Shown in pieces: positions 18,025 to 27,284 of a stretch of DNA of 64,000 nt. The stretch covers positions 645 through 64,644 of the forward strand of contig JBBRLY010000012.1 in assembly GCA_038231155.1 (NCBI GenBank), given 5' to 3'. How positions within the stretch are numbered: the stretch's first letter is position 1; each line of letters starts with the position of its first letter. The translations under genes and the position numbers were made by a program. The notes under the pieces were generated by a model that worked only from the letters and a program-made list of their open reading frames with translations, did no database searches and was not told where the DNA came from. Origin of the DNA: Candidatus Saccharimonadales bacterium (GTDB lineage: Bacteria; Patescibacteriota; Saccharimonadia; Saccharimonadales; JANWIN01).

Positions 18025-18183
18025 GGGTCTAAAAATACTAAATCTTTTGCTCCTGCTCGGGAGTCATTTTTAGCTGTATCGGGCTTTAACCGTTGCGGCA
18101 CAGCGTGGGAGTTACACCCACTTCCAGCATGTATTGTTAATCACTTCATGTTAGCACTAGCCCGCTTATTTGTATGTATTAAT

Positions 18184-18639
18184 TTATTTGGTAGTGCGTT
18201 TTTTAAGTTCTGTTAGCTTAGGTATAAATGATTGAGCCGCCCCTTCTAAACCTAAGACCTTTAGGGCCCCTATAAGAACATAAAGTTCATCAAGTTTGTC
18301 TTGAGCGATTTGGCTTTGCTTTTCAGCGTTATCGAAGAAATAATTTACTTTACCAACCAACCATTTTTCTTCCGATTCTTTAACTTGATTTGTAGCCAAC
18401 GGTTCATCTGATTTTTTATTTACTACTTCGAGTGAGCGAGCGGAGCGGTCACGTTTTTTTAAGTGTCCACGCTTTATTAAACTGTTTACGTGCAATGCCA
18501 CAGTCGCTACAGATGTGTAGTCCAACCCTTGCATAATTTCCCGGTAACTGGGGCTATAGCCTTTGGCAGTAATAAACTCTTCAATAAAGTTTAGTAACTC
18601 TCGTTGTTTTTTAGTCGGGCTGACTATTTCCTTAGGCAT
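18184..18639 (-). CDS. LexA-N-terminal-type winged-helix DNA-binding protein lacking the S24 peptidase domain
   Basis: Preferred start is ATG at 18639 (MPKEIVSPTKKQRELLNFIEEFITAKGYSPSYREIMQGL...). This matches the LexA DNA-binding domain. The C-terminal ~80 aa are helical with no Ser/Lys dyad motifs. Confidence 0.7.
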   Translation of the reverse strand: MPKEIVSPTKKQRELLNFIEEFITAKGYSPSYREIMQGLDYTSVATVALHVNSLIKRGHLKKRDRSARSLEVVNKKSDEPLATNQVKESEEKWLVGKVNYFFDNAEKQSQIAQDKLDELYVLIGALKVLGLEGAAQSFIPKLTELKKRTTK

Positions 18640-19069
18640 GGTGACGAATCCTTTTATGGCGTTCTTGACCACGGAAAACCCACAGTTTGTACCATATGTA
18701 ATTCCATACCGTAAAGAAGGCCGCGGCAATAAACTGGCCAATTTTGGGTTGGATATTATAGTGGTTTTTAAGTACGGCCAAAATTAAGTAATTTAATAAG
18801 AAGGCATTTAAAATGGTGTAAATAATATAGCGTCTACTAGCTACTATTAAGGTTGATGGACGACTAGTTTTAAACGCCCAATAACGTTCCACAATAAAAT
18901 TAAGCGTTATACCAACAGCGTTACCTATAAAATTTACCCAGAATAGTGGCAAGCGTCCGTTGAGAAAGACAATAATGACATAACCGCTCCAAAACCAAAG
19001 ACCACCACCGATCATATACTCGGTGAAACGGGCAATTTCAGTTTTTTGTGGCTTTCGGCTTTTTTTCAT
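18632..19069 (-). CDS. GtrA-family membrane protein
   Basis: 145 aa, four TMs. FTEYMIGGGLWFW and FIVERYWAFK are typical of GtrA. Confidence 0.8.
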   Translation of the reverse strand: MKKSRKPQKTEIARFTEYMIGGGLWFWSGYVIIVFLNGRLPLFWVNFIGNAVGITLNFIVERYWAFKTSRPSTLIVASRRYIIYTILNAFLLNYLILAVLKNHYNIQPKIGQFIAAAFFTVWNYIWYKLWVFRGQERHKRIRHHA

Positions 19070-20381
19070 TTTGCTTGGCAGTGTTCGTATTTAGTATAGC
19101 AGCTGGAGCTAGGGCAATTCCAGCCAACCCCCACCAGATATAACTGAGCGAATCATCGGCCCAGGCGTGAGATAAAAGATTAACTAATGCTAGTCCCAGT
19201 AAGCTAGCAAGTAAAACGAGTGGCAAGGTTTCAGACCGTTTATACCAAAGCTGCCTGCCAATTATCAGGTTGATGGCAATAAACAAACCAAGTCCTAATA
19301 ATCCAACTTCTTGGCCGATTTGGATAAAATAATTCTCAGCTATTCGAGCTGAATGAGAGTTGCGGACCGAAGCTGGACCAGCCGTACCAGGACCTCGTCC
19401 CAAAGGTTCATGCAGCACCGATTTAACTCCATCAATCTGAGCTTTAGCCCGCTGTTGGTTGGAACTTTGTGGGGATTTGGATAAGGAACTAGTGTGAAAC
19501 AAGGTATTTTCAGCTTGGTTATTATGACGAATAGCTAGGACTACCCCAACAATTAAAAGCGTCGCAACCAGCAAAGCCAAAGCCATAAAGCGTTTAATTC
19601 TTGGACTTTTGACAGTCCAATAAGCCACAAATATTAAGCTAACTACTAAGCCAAGTCCGGCGCTACGTGAATAGGTGAAGAATAGGACAAATAGCCCAGC
19701 TATTATTAAACACCCGAGTTGCCAACTATATTTTTTAGCTTTAGCTAAGAGTAGTCCAGCAGCCACTAAAATGAGCAGTAAATAAGCCCCTAGCGGATTA
19801 GCCCCTCGAAGTGTCGATTGCAGTCTTACAAAATCTGGTCTTTGATCGACAGTTTGATAAGCAGGAACTGTTTGTGAACTATAGCCAAAGTGTGACAACC
19901 AGTTCGTGGGTAGAAGAAACTGCTGCAAAAGACCAAAACCAATTACAATTACGGCCGGACCTAAAATATACAATCGCCAGTGATTTGTAAGCCATGAAAC
20001 CTTTGAGGCCACCACCAAACAAACTAAAAAGAAAAGTAAAAAGCGTAGGTTTATTAAAAGCCCGTAAACTAAAGCTGAGCTATTTACCTGGCCACGACTA
20101 TGGGCCCAAAAACCTAAACCCAAATTTAAGCTGGCGTATAAAGCTACTGTTAAAACTAAGCGACTTGAGATTAACCATTTTTTAATTTGTTTATCGGTTA
20201 GGGCCAGCCCCAGAGCGCCTAAGCTTAAAGGAACTAGCAGTAGTTCTTTCCATATTTTAAATAAATCAAAATGTCCGAACTGGGAGCCTAACCACGTCGT
20301 AAAAACAGCGTGAAATGGCAGCAGTACGAAAATTGCCAATATAACTCCACTTAGAATTTGTGCCAGTCTGTTAGGTTTCAT
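19038..20381 (-). CDS. Wzy_C / O-antigen-ligase-family polytopic protein (ligase, polymerase or O-oligosaccharyltransferase)
   Basis: 447 aa, ~11 TMs. YSRSAGLGL, a large external loop with PLGRGPGTAG, and AENYFIQIGQEVGLLGL as in WaaL/PglL-type proteins. Confidence 0.75.
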   Translation of the reverse strand: MKPNRLAQILSGVILAIFVLLPFHAVFTTWLGSQFGHFDLFKIWKELLLVPLSLGALGLALTDKQIKKWLISSRLVLTVALYASLNLGLGFWAHSRGQVNSSALVYGLLINLRFLLFFLVCLVVASKVSWLTNHWRLYILGPAVIVIGFGLLQQFLLPTNWLSHFGYSSQTVPAYQTVDQRPDFVRLQSTLRGANPLGAYLLLILVAAGLLLAKAKKYSWQLGCLIIAGLFVLFFTYSRSAGLGLVVSLIFVAYWTVKSPRIKRFMALALLVATLLIVGVVLAIRHNNQAENTLFHTSSLSKSPQSSNQQRAKAQIDGVKSVLHEPLGRGPGTAGPASVRNSHSARIAENYFIQIGQEVGLLGLGLFIAINLIIGRQLWYKRSETLPLVLLASLLGLALVNLLSHAWADDSLSYIWWGLAGIALAPAAILNTNTAKQNEKKPKATKN

Positions 20382-20405
20382 AATGCTACAATCTAGTATA
20401 GCGCT

Positions 20406-21836
20406 ATGAAAAATAATGCGTCACTTGTCTATAACCTGTTTCTAGTTATTGGAGATTCACTAGCTTTAGTAGCGGCTTTTTTGGGTGCCTATATCCTTAG
20501 GGTTACCTTGACTCATAGGGCCGTAGCCTATCCAGTGCATGCCCGAACATATCTGAGCATTTTTTTGGTGTTACTACCTTTTTGGTTACTAATATTTGGT
20601 TTGCTTGGTCTTTATAACTCATCTATTTACGAAAAACGCTTTAATGAATTAGGCCGGTTATTTATAGGATCCTTCGTCGGCATGTTATTTGTAGTCTTTT
20701 GGAATTTCTTATCGGCGAAACCAATCTTGCCAGCTAGGTTAGTGCCAATTTATGGTTTTATTTTGGCATTTATATTTTTACTAGTCGATCGTAATATTGC
20801 CAGGTTTATAAGAACTAAGCTGTTTGAATATGGTATTGGCATTTCCAAGATCTTAATTGTTGGTAATACAAAGGTTGCTAGTGAACTAATTGAATCGCTT
20901 CATAATAGCCAAAAAACTGGATATAAGATTGTCGGCGTTGTAGGTGATTCACACAGACTTAGCCAGCACGATCATGTTAAAGTTTTTCATGACTTTAAAG
21001 AAGCTTGCCTAAAAATTGGCGCCAACAATATTTATAATATTGTTCAAACGGAGTTGTATTCCGATCCAGATAAAAACGATGAAGTATTAACTTTTGCCCA
21101 ATCCAACCATATTGCCTACCGGTTTATACCTGGCAACACTGAACTGTTTGTCGGTAATATAGCTGTAGAGTTATTCCGCTCTTCTATACCAGTTATTGCC
21201 GTACATCAAACTGCCTTATTAGGTTGGGGCCGGGTTTTAAAACGTCTATTCGACCTAGCGGTTGGTATGGTCCTGCTGGTTATTGCTTCACCGTTTATGC
21301 TAATTATTGCTATTTTACTTCAAGTATTTGGTGGTGGTTCGGTTTTTTTCCGACAAACCCGTTTAACCCGGTTTAACCAGGAATTTAGAGTCTACAAATT
21401 CCGGACACTTAAAAAAGCTTATAATGGCCTTTCGCCAGAAGAAGGCTTTAACAAAATGGGTATGCCTGAATTAATTACAAAGTACCGTGAAGCCGGCGAT
21501 CAGTTGAAAAAAGATCCTCGGTTTAGTGTGTTTGGCGGTTTTCTACGCAAAACTAGCTTAGATGAGTTACCGCAATTATTTAATGTCATCAGCGGCGACA
21601 TCAGCTTGGTTGGACCACGAGCGCTAATTCCTCAAGAGCTAAATCTTTACGCTAAGCGGCACGCCATTTTGAGTGTTAAGTCCGGTTTAACTGGTTTGGC
21701 ACAAGTCTCAGGTCGTAAAGATATCAGCTTCGAAGAACGACGTCAGTTAGATATGTATTATGTGCAGAACTGGAGTTTTTGGATGGATCTAGTTATCTTA
21801 GCAAAAACCGTTCGGGTTATTTTTCAGGGTAGTTAA
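20406..21836 (+). CDS. polyprenyl-phosphate glycosyl-1-phosphate transferase (WbaP/large PGT type)
   Basis: 476 aa. N-terminal TMs, central Rossmann-like region, C-terminal bacterial sugar-transferase domain (KRLFDL..., [22 protein letters not shown]). Confidence 0.85.
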   Translation: MKNNASLVYNLFLVIGDSLALVAAFLGAYILRVTLTHRAVAYPVHARTYLSIFLVLLPFWLLIFGLLGLYNSSIYEKRFNELGRLFIGSFVGMLFVVFWNFLSAKPILPARLVPIYGFILAFIFLLVDRNIARFIRTKLFEYGIGISKILIVGNTKVASELIESLHNSQKTGYKIVGVVGDSHRLSQHDHVKVFHDFKEACLKIGANNIYNIVQTELYSDPDKNDEVLTFAQSNHIAYRFIPGNTELFVGNIAVELFRSSIPVIAVHQTALLGWGRVLKRLFDLAVGMVLLVIASPFMLIIAILLQVFGGGSVFFRQTRLTRFNQEFRVYKFRTLKKAYNGLSPEEGFNKMGMPELITKYREAGDQLKKDPRFSVFGGFLRKTSLDELPQLFNVISGDISLVGPRALIPQELNLYAKRHAILSVKSGLTGLAQVSGRKDISFEERRQLDMYYVQNWSFWMDLVILAKTVRVIFQGS

Positions 21837-22957
21837 TGAAAGACCAGTCAGAACTTAAAATAGCAATAGTTTGCGATTGGCTTACCGGTATTGGTGGTGC
21901 TGAACGAGTCCTGCTTGAACTTCACCGCATGTTTCCTAAGGCACCAATTTTTACGTCGCAGTATGACCCCACGTCGATTAGTGGCTTTGAGAATGCTGAT
22001 GTGCGCACAAGCTGGCTAAATAAACTACCAAAAAGCCTTAGAAAATTTTTACCAGTACTTCGGGCAATATCTTTTTCTAGTTTAAAGCTAAATGACTATG
22101 ACTTAGTAATTTCGGCCAGTGGGGCTGAAGCTAAGGGTTTACACCTGCCTAATACGACTTTACATATTAACTACTGTCATTCACCAACTCATTATTATTG
22201 GATTCGTTACGAAGAATATATTAAAAACCCTGGTTTTGGGAAGTTTAATTGGTTAGCCAGATTCGGCTTACGAGTATTAGTATTGCCGATGCGTCAATGG
22301 GATTATCGGGCTGCTCAACGACCAGACATTATGATTGCTAATTCTAGATTCACTAAAGATAACATTAAAAAATATTACGGGCGTGAATCTTCAGTTATCT
22401 ACCCACCGGTTGATATAAAGCGTTTCACACAATTAGTTGAAAATAAAAAACTTCAACGTAAGGGATTTGTTACAGCTGGACGTCAAACTCCCTATTTGCG
22501 CAAAGATTTAGCGGTTGATGCCTGTAGTCAGCTTAATATGCAGCTTACTGTTATAGGTAATGGTCCGGAGCACGCCAAACTGCTTAAGCGGGCCGGTCCC
22601 AGTGTAACTTTCTTAACTAATGTATCAGATAAAGAAATTCCGAAATACTTTCAAAGCGCTAAAGCTTTTATAATGCCTGGAATGGAGGATTTTGGAATTG
22701 TGGCAGTTGAGGCTATGGCTGCCGGCACACCAGTAATTGCCTACCATGGAGGAGGCGCATTGGAATACGTTTTGCCAGGTAAAACCGGTGAATTTTTTGA
22801 TGATCAAACTGTAGAATCTGTCATAAAGACCCTAGAGAAATTCCAAGCAAATAAATATGACAATATGGCCTGTCAAAAACATGCTATGAAGTTCAGTACA
22901 ACTCATTTCCAAAAGGGTATTGAAGCAATCATAAAAGAGTCAGCTTTAAGCTCATGA
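21836..22957 (+). CDS. glycosyltransferase family 4 (GT-B)
   Basis: 373 aa. GIGGAERV N-terminal motif and EDFGIVAVEAMAAGTPVIA. Confidence 0.85.
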   Translation: MKDQSELKIAIVCDWLTGIGGAERVLLELHRMFPKAPIFTSQYDPTSISGFENADVRTSWLNKLPKSLRKFLPVLRAISFSSLKLNDYDLVISASGAEAKGLHLPNTTLHINYCHSPTHYYWIRYEEYIKNPGFGKFNWLARFGLRVLVLPMRQWDYRAAQRPDIMIANSRFTKDNIKKYYGRESSVIYPPVDIKRFTQLVENKKLQRKGFVTAGRQTPYLRKDLAVDACSQLNMQLTVIGNGPEHAKLLKRAGPSVTFLTNVSDKEIPKYFQSAKAFIMPGMEDFGIVAVEAMAAGTPVIAYHGGGALEYVLPGKTGEFFDDQTVESVIKTLEKFQANKYDNMACQKHAMKFSTTHFQKGIEAIIKESALSS

Positions 22958-22989
22958 TGGTAAAATAAAGCCTCGGTTTAAAGTTATAT

Positions 22990-23457
22990 ATGCAACCAAT
23001 TGGAAGAAATGAATACGAAAAATGGATATCATCAATACCTGATGGCATTTGTGTATTTTGTCATCCTCAAAAATATAAACAAATCGTCTTAAAAGAAGGT
23101 AAAAATTGGACTTGGATTGTAGCCTTAGCTCCATATTGGAAATACCACACCATTATTATTCCTCGCAAACACTATACAGATATTGATGAAATCCCTAATT
23201 TGGAATTTGCTGAAATGATTTCTTTATTTAGGTATGCGCGCAATAAATTTTTAAACGCAAATTTTACTTATGACGATGGTACACCGATATATCAATATTT
23301 ATTTTTCTGGCGAATACGAGATGCTTCTAAAATTGATCTTGTGCATGCTAAAAAGCCATCCCATTTTCATTTACACCTAACTCCAGATAGAGATCATTTA
23401 ATTGATCTGATTATGGATAAGCAGGCTTATAATTTTGATGTGTCAAAGTTGCTGTAG
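22990..23457 (+). CDS. HIT-superfamily (GalT/HIT-like) nucleotide-binding protein
   Basis: 155 aa. CVFC zinc-type motif and histidine triad SHFHLHLTP. Confidence 0.65.
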   Translation: MQPIGRNEYEKWISSIPDGICVFCHPQKYKQIVLKEGKNWTWIVALAPYWKYHTIIIPRKHYTDIDEIPNLEFAEMISLFRYARNKFLNANFTYDDGTPIYQYLFFWRIRDASKIDLVHAKKPSHFHLHLTPDRDHLIDLIMDKQAYNFDVSKLL

Positions 23458-24213
23458 TTACTCCGACACAGCTAATATGCCGCGTACTACCCAAGGCGTA
23501 TGTTCAAAACCACCTACCGGAATAGCATCTATGCCCATTAGCTTAACCGGATAGTCGTTGCCACCCTCCCATAGACGATCACCAATAAATAAAATTTCCT
23601 CTTTTGTTACGTTTAATATTTCCATAAGTTTTTTCATACCGTAAGCTTTATCGATACCTTGTTTAGTTACATCAATCGAAGTTGTGCCACCGGCTCGGAC
23701 TTCATATTCAGGAATTTTAAGTGCTACGGCATCCCGAATTTTACGCTTTTTTTCTCCGGTCGGATCCCATACTTTCTTTTGAGTTGGCAATGCGTCTTGA
23801 CCTAGCGCCGAGTAAGTTATTTGACTGCCGCGATCTTCAATAAGTGGACCCTTAGGATTTTGGATACGATATCCGACTTCATCAATCCCTTCATTTAAGG
23901 CCTTTACGATTGTGTGTTTTTCAGTTGGTTTAAAGTTTTCTGCGTATACTTGTTCCCAATCCTTCATTGTTGGTTTATAGCGATAATAGCGCGTACCGCA
24001 AGTCGGCATAAGATGGAGTGACTGAAGTTGGTTATTATCAATCTTCAGAATAGTAATGAACTGCTTTTGGAATTGTTCAAAACTACCACCAGAAATAACA
24101 CATATCTGATATTTCTTTAACAACTCTTCTAATAAGATTGTCATTTCATCACTAATCAGACTACGTGTCTCAGTCAGAGTTTCATCAAGATCAAATACTA
24201 TCACTTTTTTCAT
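23458..24213 (-). CDS. HAD-IIB hydrolase, eukaryotic-type phosphomannomutase-like
   Basis: 251 aa. VFDLDETLT nucleophile motif, cap region, and GDRLWEGGNDYP C-terminal motif as in the PMM family. Confidence 0.7.
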   Translation of the reverse strand: MKKVIVFDLDETLTETRSLISDEMTILLEELLKKYQICVISGGSFEQFQKQFITILKIDNNQLQSLHLMPTCGTRYYRYKPTMKDWEQVYAENFKPTEKHTIVKALNEGIDEVGYRIQNPKGPLIEDRGSQITYSALGQDALPTQKKVWDPTGEKKRKIRDAVALKIPEYEVRAGGTTSIDVTKQGIDKAYGMKKLMEILNVTKEEILFIGDRLWEGGNDYPVKLMGIDAIPVGGFEHTPWVVRGILAVSE

Positions 24214-24287
24214 AAACTAAATATAACAGATAGAACTAGTGTAATATAGGTAGTTATAGTTATTGAGTAACTGAATGGACTTATGAT

Positions 24288-25229
24288 ATGAAATTAATTG
24301 TTCAAATACCTTGTCTTAACGAAGAAGCAACTCTGCCGCTAGTATTGGATACTATCCCAGATAAAATTGATGACATCGATGAAATTATTACTCTGGTTAT
24401 TGACGATGGATCAACCGATAAAACAGTTGAAGTCGCTAAAGCTCATGGCGTTAAGCACTTTGTCCACCATGTTGGCACCATGGGTCTGGCTAGGTCATTC
24501 AATGACGGAGTCAATAAAGCTTTGGAACTTGGCGCCGATATTTTAGTAAATACCGATGGTGATAATCAATATCCCCAAGCCAGTATTGCTGAATTGGTTC
24601 AGCCGATAATAAGCGGCGAAGCTGATATTGTGATCGGCAATAGGCAAACTTCTCAAATAGCCCATTTCTCACCTCTCAAAAAATTCTTACAAAGACTTGG
24701 TAGTTGGGTAGTTAACAAAGCAGCTGGTACGACAATTCCCGATGCAGCTAGCGGTTTTAGAGCATACTCGCGAGGTTCACTTTTGAGAATCAATATTGTA
24801 ACTACATTTAGCTACTGTACCGAAACTATAATCCAGGCTGGTCATAAACGGATTCCAATTACATCCATCCCCATTACTACTAATCCTAAAACGCGTGAGT
24901 CACGTTTATTTGAATCAACTTGGCAGCACGTTACCAGATCAGCCAGCACAATTACCAGAGCCTTCATTATGTATCGACCATATGCACTCTTTGGCTCACT
25001 TAGTCTAGCAATGTTTTTTGCAGGTATAATTCCGTTTGCCAGGTATTTATTTTATGTAGTTGACGGTACTAGTCGCGGTCATCTGCAGTCTTTAATTTTT
25101 GGATTGGTCTTTTTAGTTGGAGCGCTTATGTCAGTTACGCTTGGTGTGGTAGCTGATTTAATTAGAATAAATCGGATTTTGATTGAAGATGAACTTGAGC
25201 ACACTAAGCAAATGCGTTTTGATAAATAA
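24288..25229 (+). CDS. GT2 glycosyltransferase with two C-terminal TMs (polyprenyl-phosphate hexose synthase-like, GtrB/DPM/ArnC type)
   Basis: 313 aa. IPCLNEE...VIDDGSTD, TDGDNQY (DxD), and C-terminal TM pair. Confidence 0.8.
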   Translation: MKLIVQIPCLNEEATLPLVLDTIPDKIDDIDEIITLVIDDGSTDKTVEVAKAHGVKHFVHHVGTMGLARSFNDGVNKALELGADILVNTDGDNQYPQASIAELVQPIISGEADIVIGNRQTSQIAHFSPLKKFLQRLGSWVVNKAAGTTIPDAASGFRAYSRGSLLRINIVTTFSYCTETIIQAGHKRIPITSIPITTNPKTRESRLFESTWQHVTRSASTITRAFIMYRPYALFGSLSLAMFFAGIIPFARYLFYVVDGTSRGHLQSLIFGLVFLVGALMSVTLGVVADLIRINRILIEDELEHTKQMRFDK

Positions 25230-25263
25230 AAGGTAGCCATTTCTGGTCAACTCAGGAAAACTT

Positions 25264-26175
25264 ATGAATCAATTAAAACAACTGCTTAGTAATTCAAAAC
25301 TGCGATCTATTGTTGTAGCTCTTATTCTGATTGTAACAATCGTTATTTTTATCCGTTTCTTCGCTCAGCACCCTGAGTATGTTACGAGATTGCGCCACGT
25401 TAAGCTTTGGCAAGTATTTGCAATTATGGGTCTGAATATTGGAGCGATTTTGGCTCTTGTCTTTGTTTACAGTTTTACCTTAGAACTTTGCGGTAAAAAG
25501 ATACCCTTTAAAGAACAATTCTTACTGACAGCTTATTCATCAATAGCAAACTTTTTTGGTCCGCTTCAAAGTGGACCTGGTGTAAGAGTGGTCTATCTGA
25601 GAACAAAATATAAAGTTAGGATGCGTGACTATATCTTGGCAACACTTATCTACTACACTATGTTCGCAATAATTTGCGTTCTATTTCTAGTGGGAGGTAG
25701 TCGTCCATGGTGGCAAGCTTTGTTAGCTTTTTTTGTGGTAGTGCTAGGATGTATAGGAGTAATCCAGTTATTTATTCGTCGTAGCGCTAAAAAAGATGAG
25801 GTAACGCGTCTTCGACTTAATCTAAAAGTATTCCTAGGATTGTTTCTGGCAACATTTGCTCAGGTTTGCTTTATAACTGGCTATTATTTTATCGAGCTAA
25901 TCGCAGTCCGATCCCACGCCAGTTTTCGCCAGGCGGTAGTCTATTCAGGAGCGGCAAACTTTGCCGTCTTTGTATCATTGACACCTGATGCAATCGGCTT
26001 TAGGGAGTCCTTCTTAGTGTTATCAAAGCGGCTACATCATATCTCAACACCAGTTATCTTTGCGGCTAACTTAGTTGATCGTGCTGTCTACGCCTTATTT
26101 TTAGGTTTATTGTTCCTAGTTGTACTAGCCTTTCATGCTAAAGACCGTTTTAAAAAACCGGTTCAATCAACCTAA
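25264..26175 (+). CDS. polytopic membrane protein, possibly UPF0104/LPG_synthase_TM (flippase-like) family
   Basis: 303 aa, ~8 TMs. Loop GPLQSGPGVRVVYLR resembles the family's P..G...R motif. Family assignment is tentative. Confidence 0.55.
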   Translation: MNQLKQLLSNSKLRSIVVALILIVTIVIFIRFFAQHPEYVTRLRHVKLWQVFAIMGLNIGAILALVFVYSFTLELCGKKIPFKEQFLLTAYSSIANFFGPLQSGPGVRVVYLRTKYKVRMRDYILATLIYYTMFAIICVLFLVGGSRPWWQALLAFFVVVLGCIGVIQLFIRRSAKKDEVTRLRLNLKVFLGLFLATFAQVCFITGYYFIELIAVRSHASFRQAVVYSGAANFAVFVSLTPDAIGFRESFLVLSKRLHHISTPVIFAANLVDRAVYALFLGLLFLVVLAFHAKDRFKKPVQST

Positions 26176-27270
26176 CAACTTTTGGTACTCAGTTAAATAT
26201 AGATCGCTTATTTTATCCCAATTAAAATCTTGAAGCGTAAATTGCCTTGACCTTTTACCAAAGCTAATTGCATTATTTTTATTATTTAAGAAGCTAACGA
26301 TTTGATCTCTAAAAACTTCTGGGTGGCCCGGTTGAACCAATATACCATTTTTACCATAAGTAATGGCATCGGTTATACCTTCAATTGATGAAGCCACAAT
26401 TGGTAATTCGCACAAGCTGGCTTCAAGTAAAACACGGCCAAAACCTTCCATGTCACCTGGAATAGTAATATTGGGCATTACAAATAGATCACTGCCATTA
26501 TATAGCTCAGCTAAAAAATGATCACTGGTTTGACCTAGCATGTAAATATTACTATGTAGCTTAATACGATCAATAGTTCTTTGTATAGATTCACGCTCTG
26601 GACCCTCGCCGGATATTAAAAATACGATGGATTTATCTACTTTTACAATTTCAATCAATACGTTTTGGATAAACCAATCGATTCCCTTTCTTTTTACTAG
26701 GCGTCCGACAGATAATATTATTTTGGCATCTTTATTAAGACCTAATTCATTTATGACACTGCTTCGAGATAGTTGTTTATCTGACTTATTTAAATCATCG
26801 GTGATACCTAGCGGAACGAATGAAATATTTGCTTTTGGTATTTCTTTATTAACAACTTCATTAACAGCTGTATTGCTAATACTGAAGATGTGATCAGCTC
26901 GGTTCAGTGCTTTAGTATTTAAATATTGATATAGCTTATTTTTATAAGTTACATCGAGTCCGTGAATAACCACAACCAATGGTTTACGAAATAATATTTT
27001 AAGAAACATGCCAAGGATCGAAAAAACACCGTCTTGCATATGGATAATTTCAACCGGCTTAGTTAGTAGTATCCAACTGGCCCGAATAAAAAATACTGGA
27101 AATAATATAACTGGAATATACCTGCTGCGGCCACTCCACTTAATCAGATGAACATTTGTTTTTTTAGACAATGAACTATATAGATCATAAGCAAACTTTT
27201 CCATACCACCTACCGATGGAGGAAAGCGCCTGGTCATAAATAAAACATTTATCTTCTGGTTAGTGGGCAT
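26167..27270 (-). CDS. glycosyltransferase family 4 (GT-B)
   Basis: 367 aa. PPSVGGMEKF and EGFGRVLLEASLCELPIVAS. Confidence 0.85.
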   Translation of the reverse strand: MPTNQKINVLFMTRRFPPSVGGMEKFAYDLYSSLSKKTNVHLIKWSGRSRYIPVILFPVFFIRASWILLTKPVEIIHMQDGVFSILGMFLKILFRKPLVVVIHGLDVTYKNKLYQYLNTKALNRADHIFSISNTAVNEVVNKEIPKANISFVPLGITDDLNKSDKQLSRSSVINELGLNKDAKIILSVGRLVKRKGIDWFIQNVLIEIVKVDKSIVFLISGEGPERESIQRTIDRIKLHSNIYMLGQTSDHFLAELYNGSDLFVMPNITIPGDMEGFGRVLLEASLCELPIVASSIEGITDAITYGKNGILVQPGHPEVFRDQIVSFLNNKNNAISFGKRSRQFTLQDFNWDKISDLYLTEYQKLLG

Positions 27271-27284
27271 GAATATACTTTATA

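Noticed and set aside
18090-18150. tRNA or small-RNA-like hairpins in the 160-nt spacer (GTGGG-TGTAACT-CCCAC and CCG-CAA-CGG).
   Set aside because: I could not fold a cloverleaf: there is no 7-bp acceptor stem and no T-loop GTTCRA. The hairpins are short and may simply belong to the leader or terminator.
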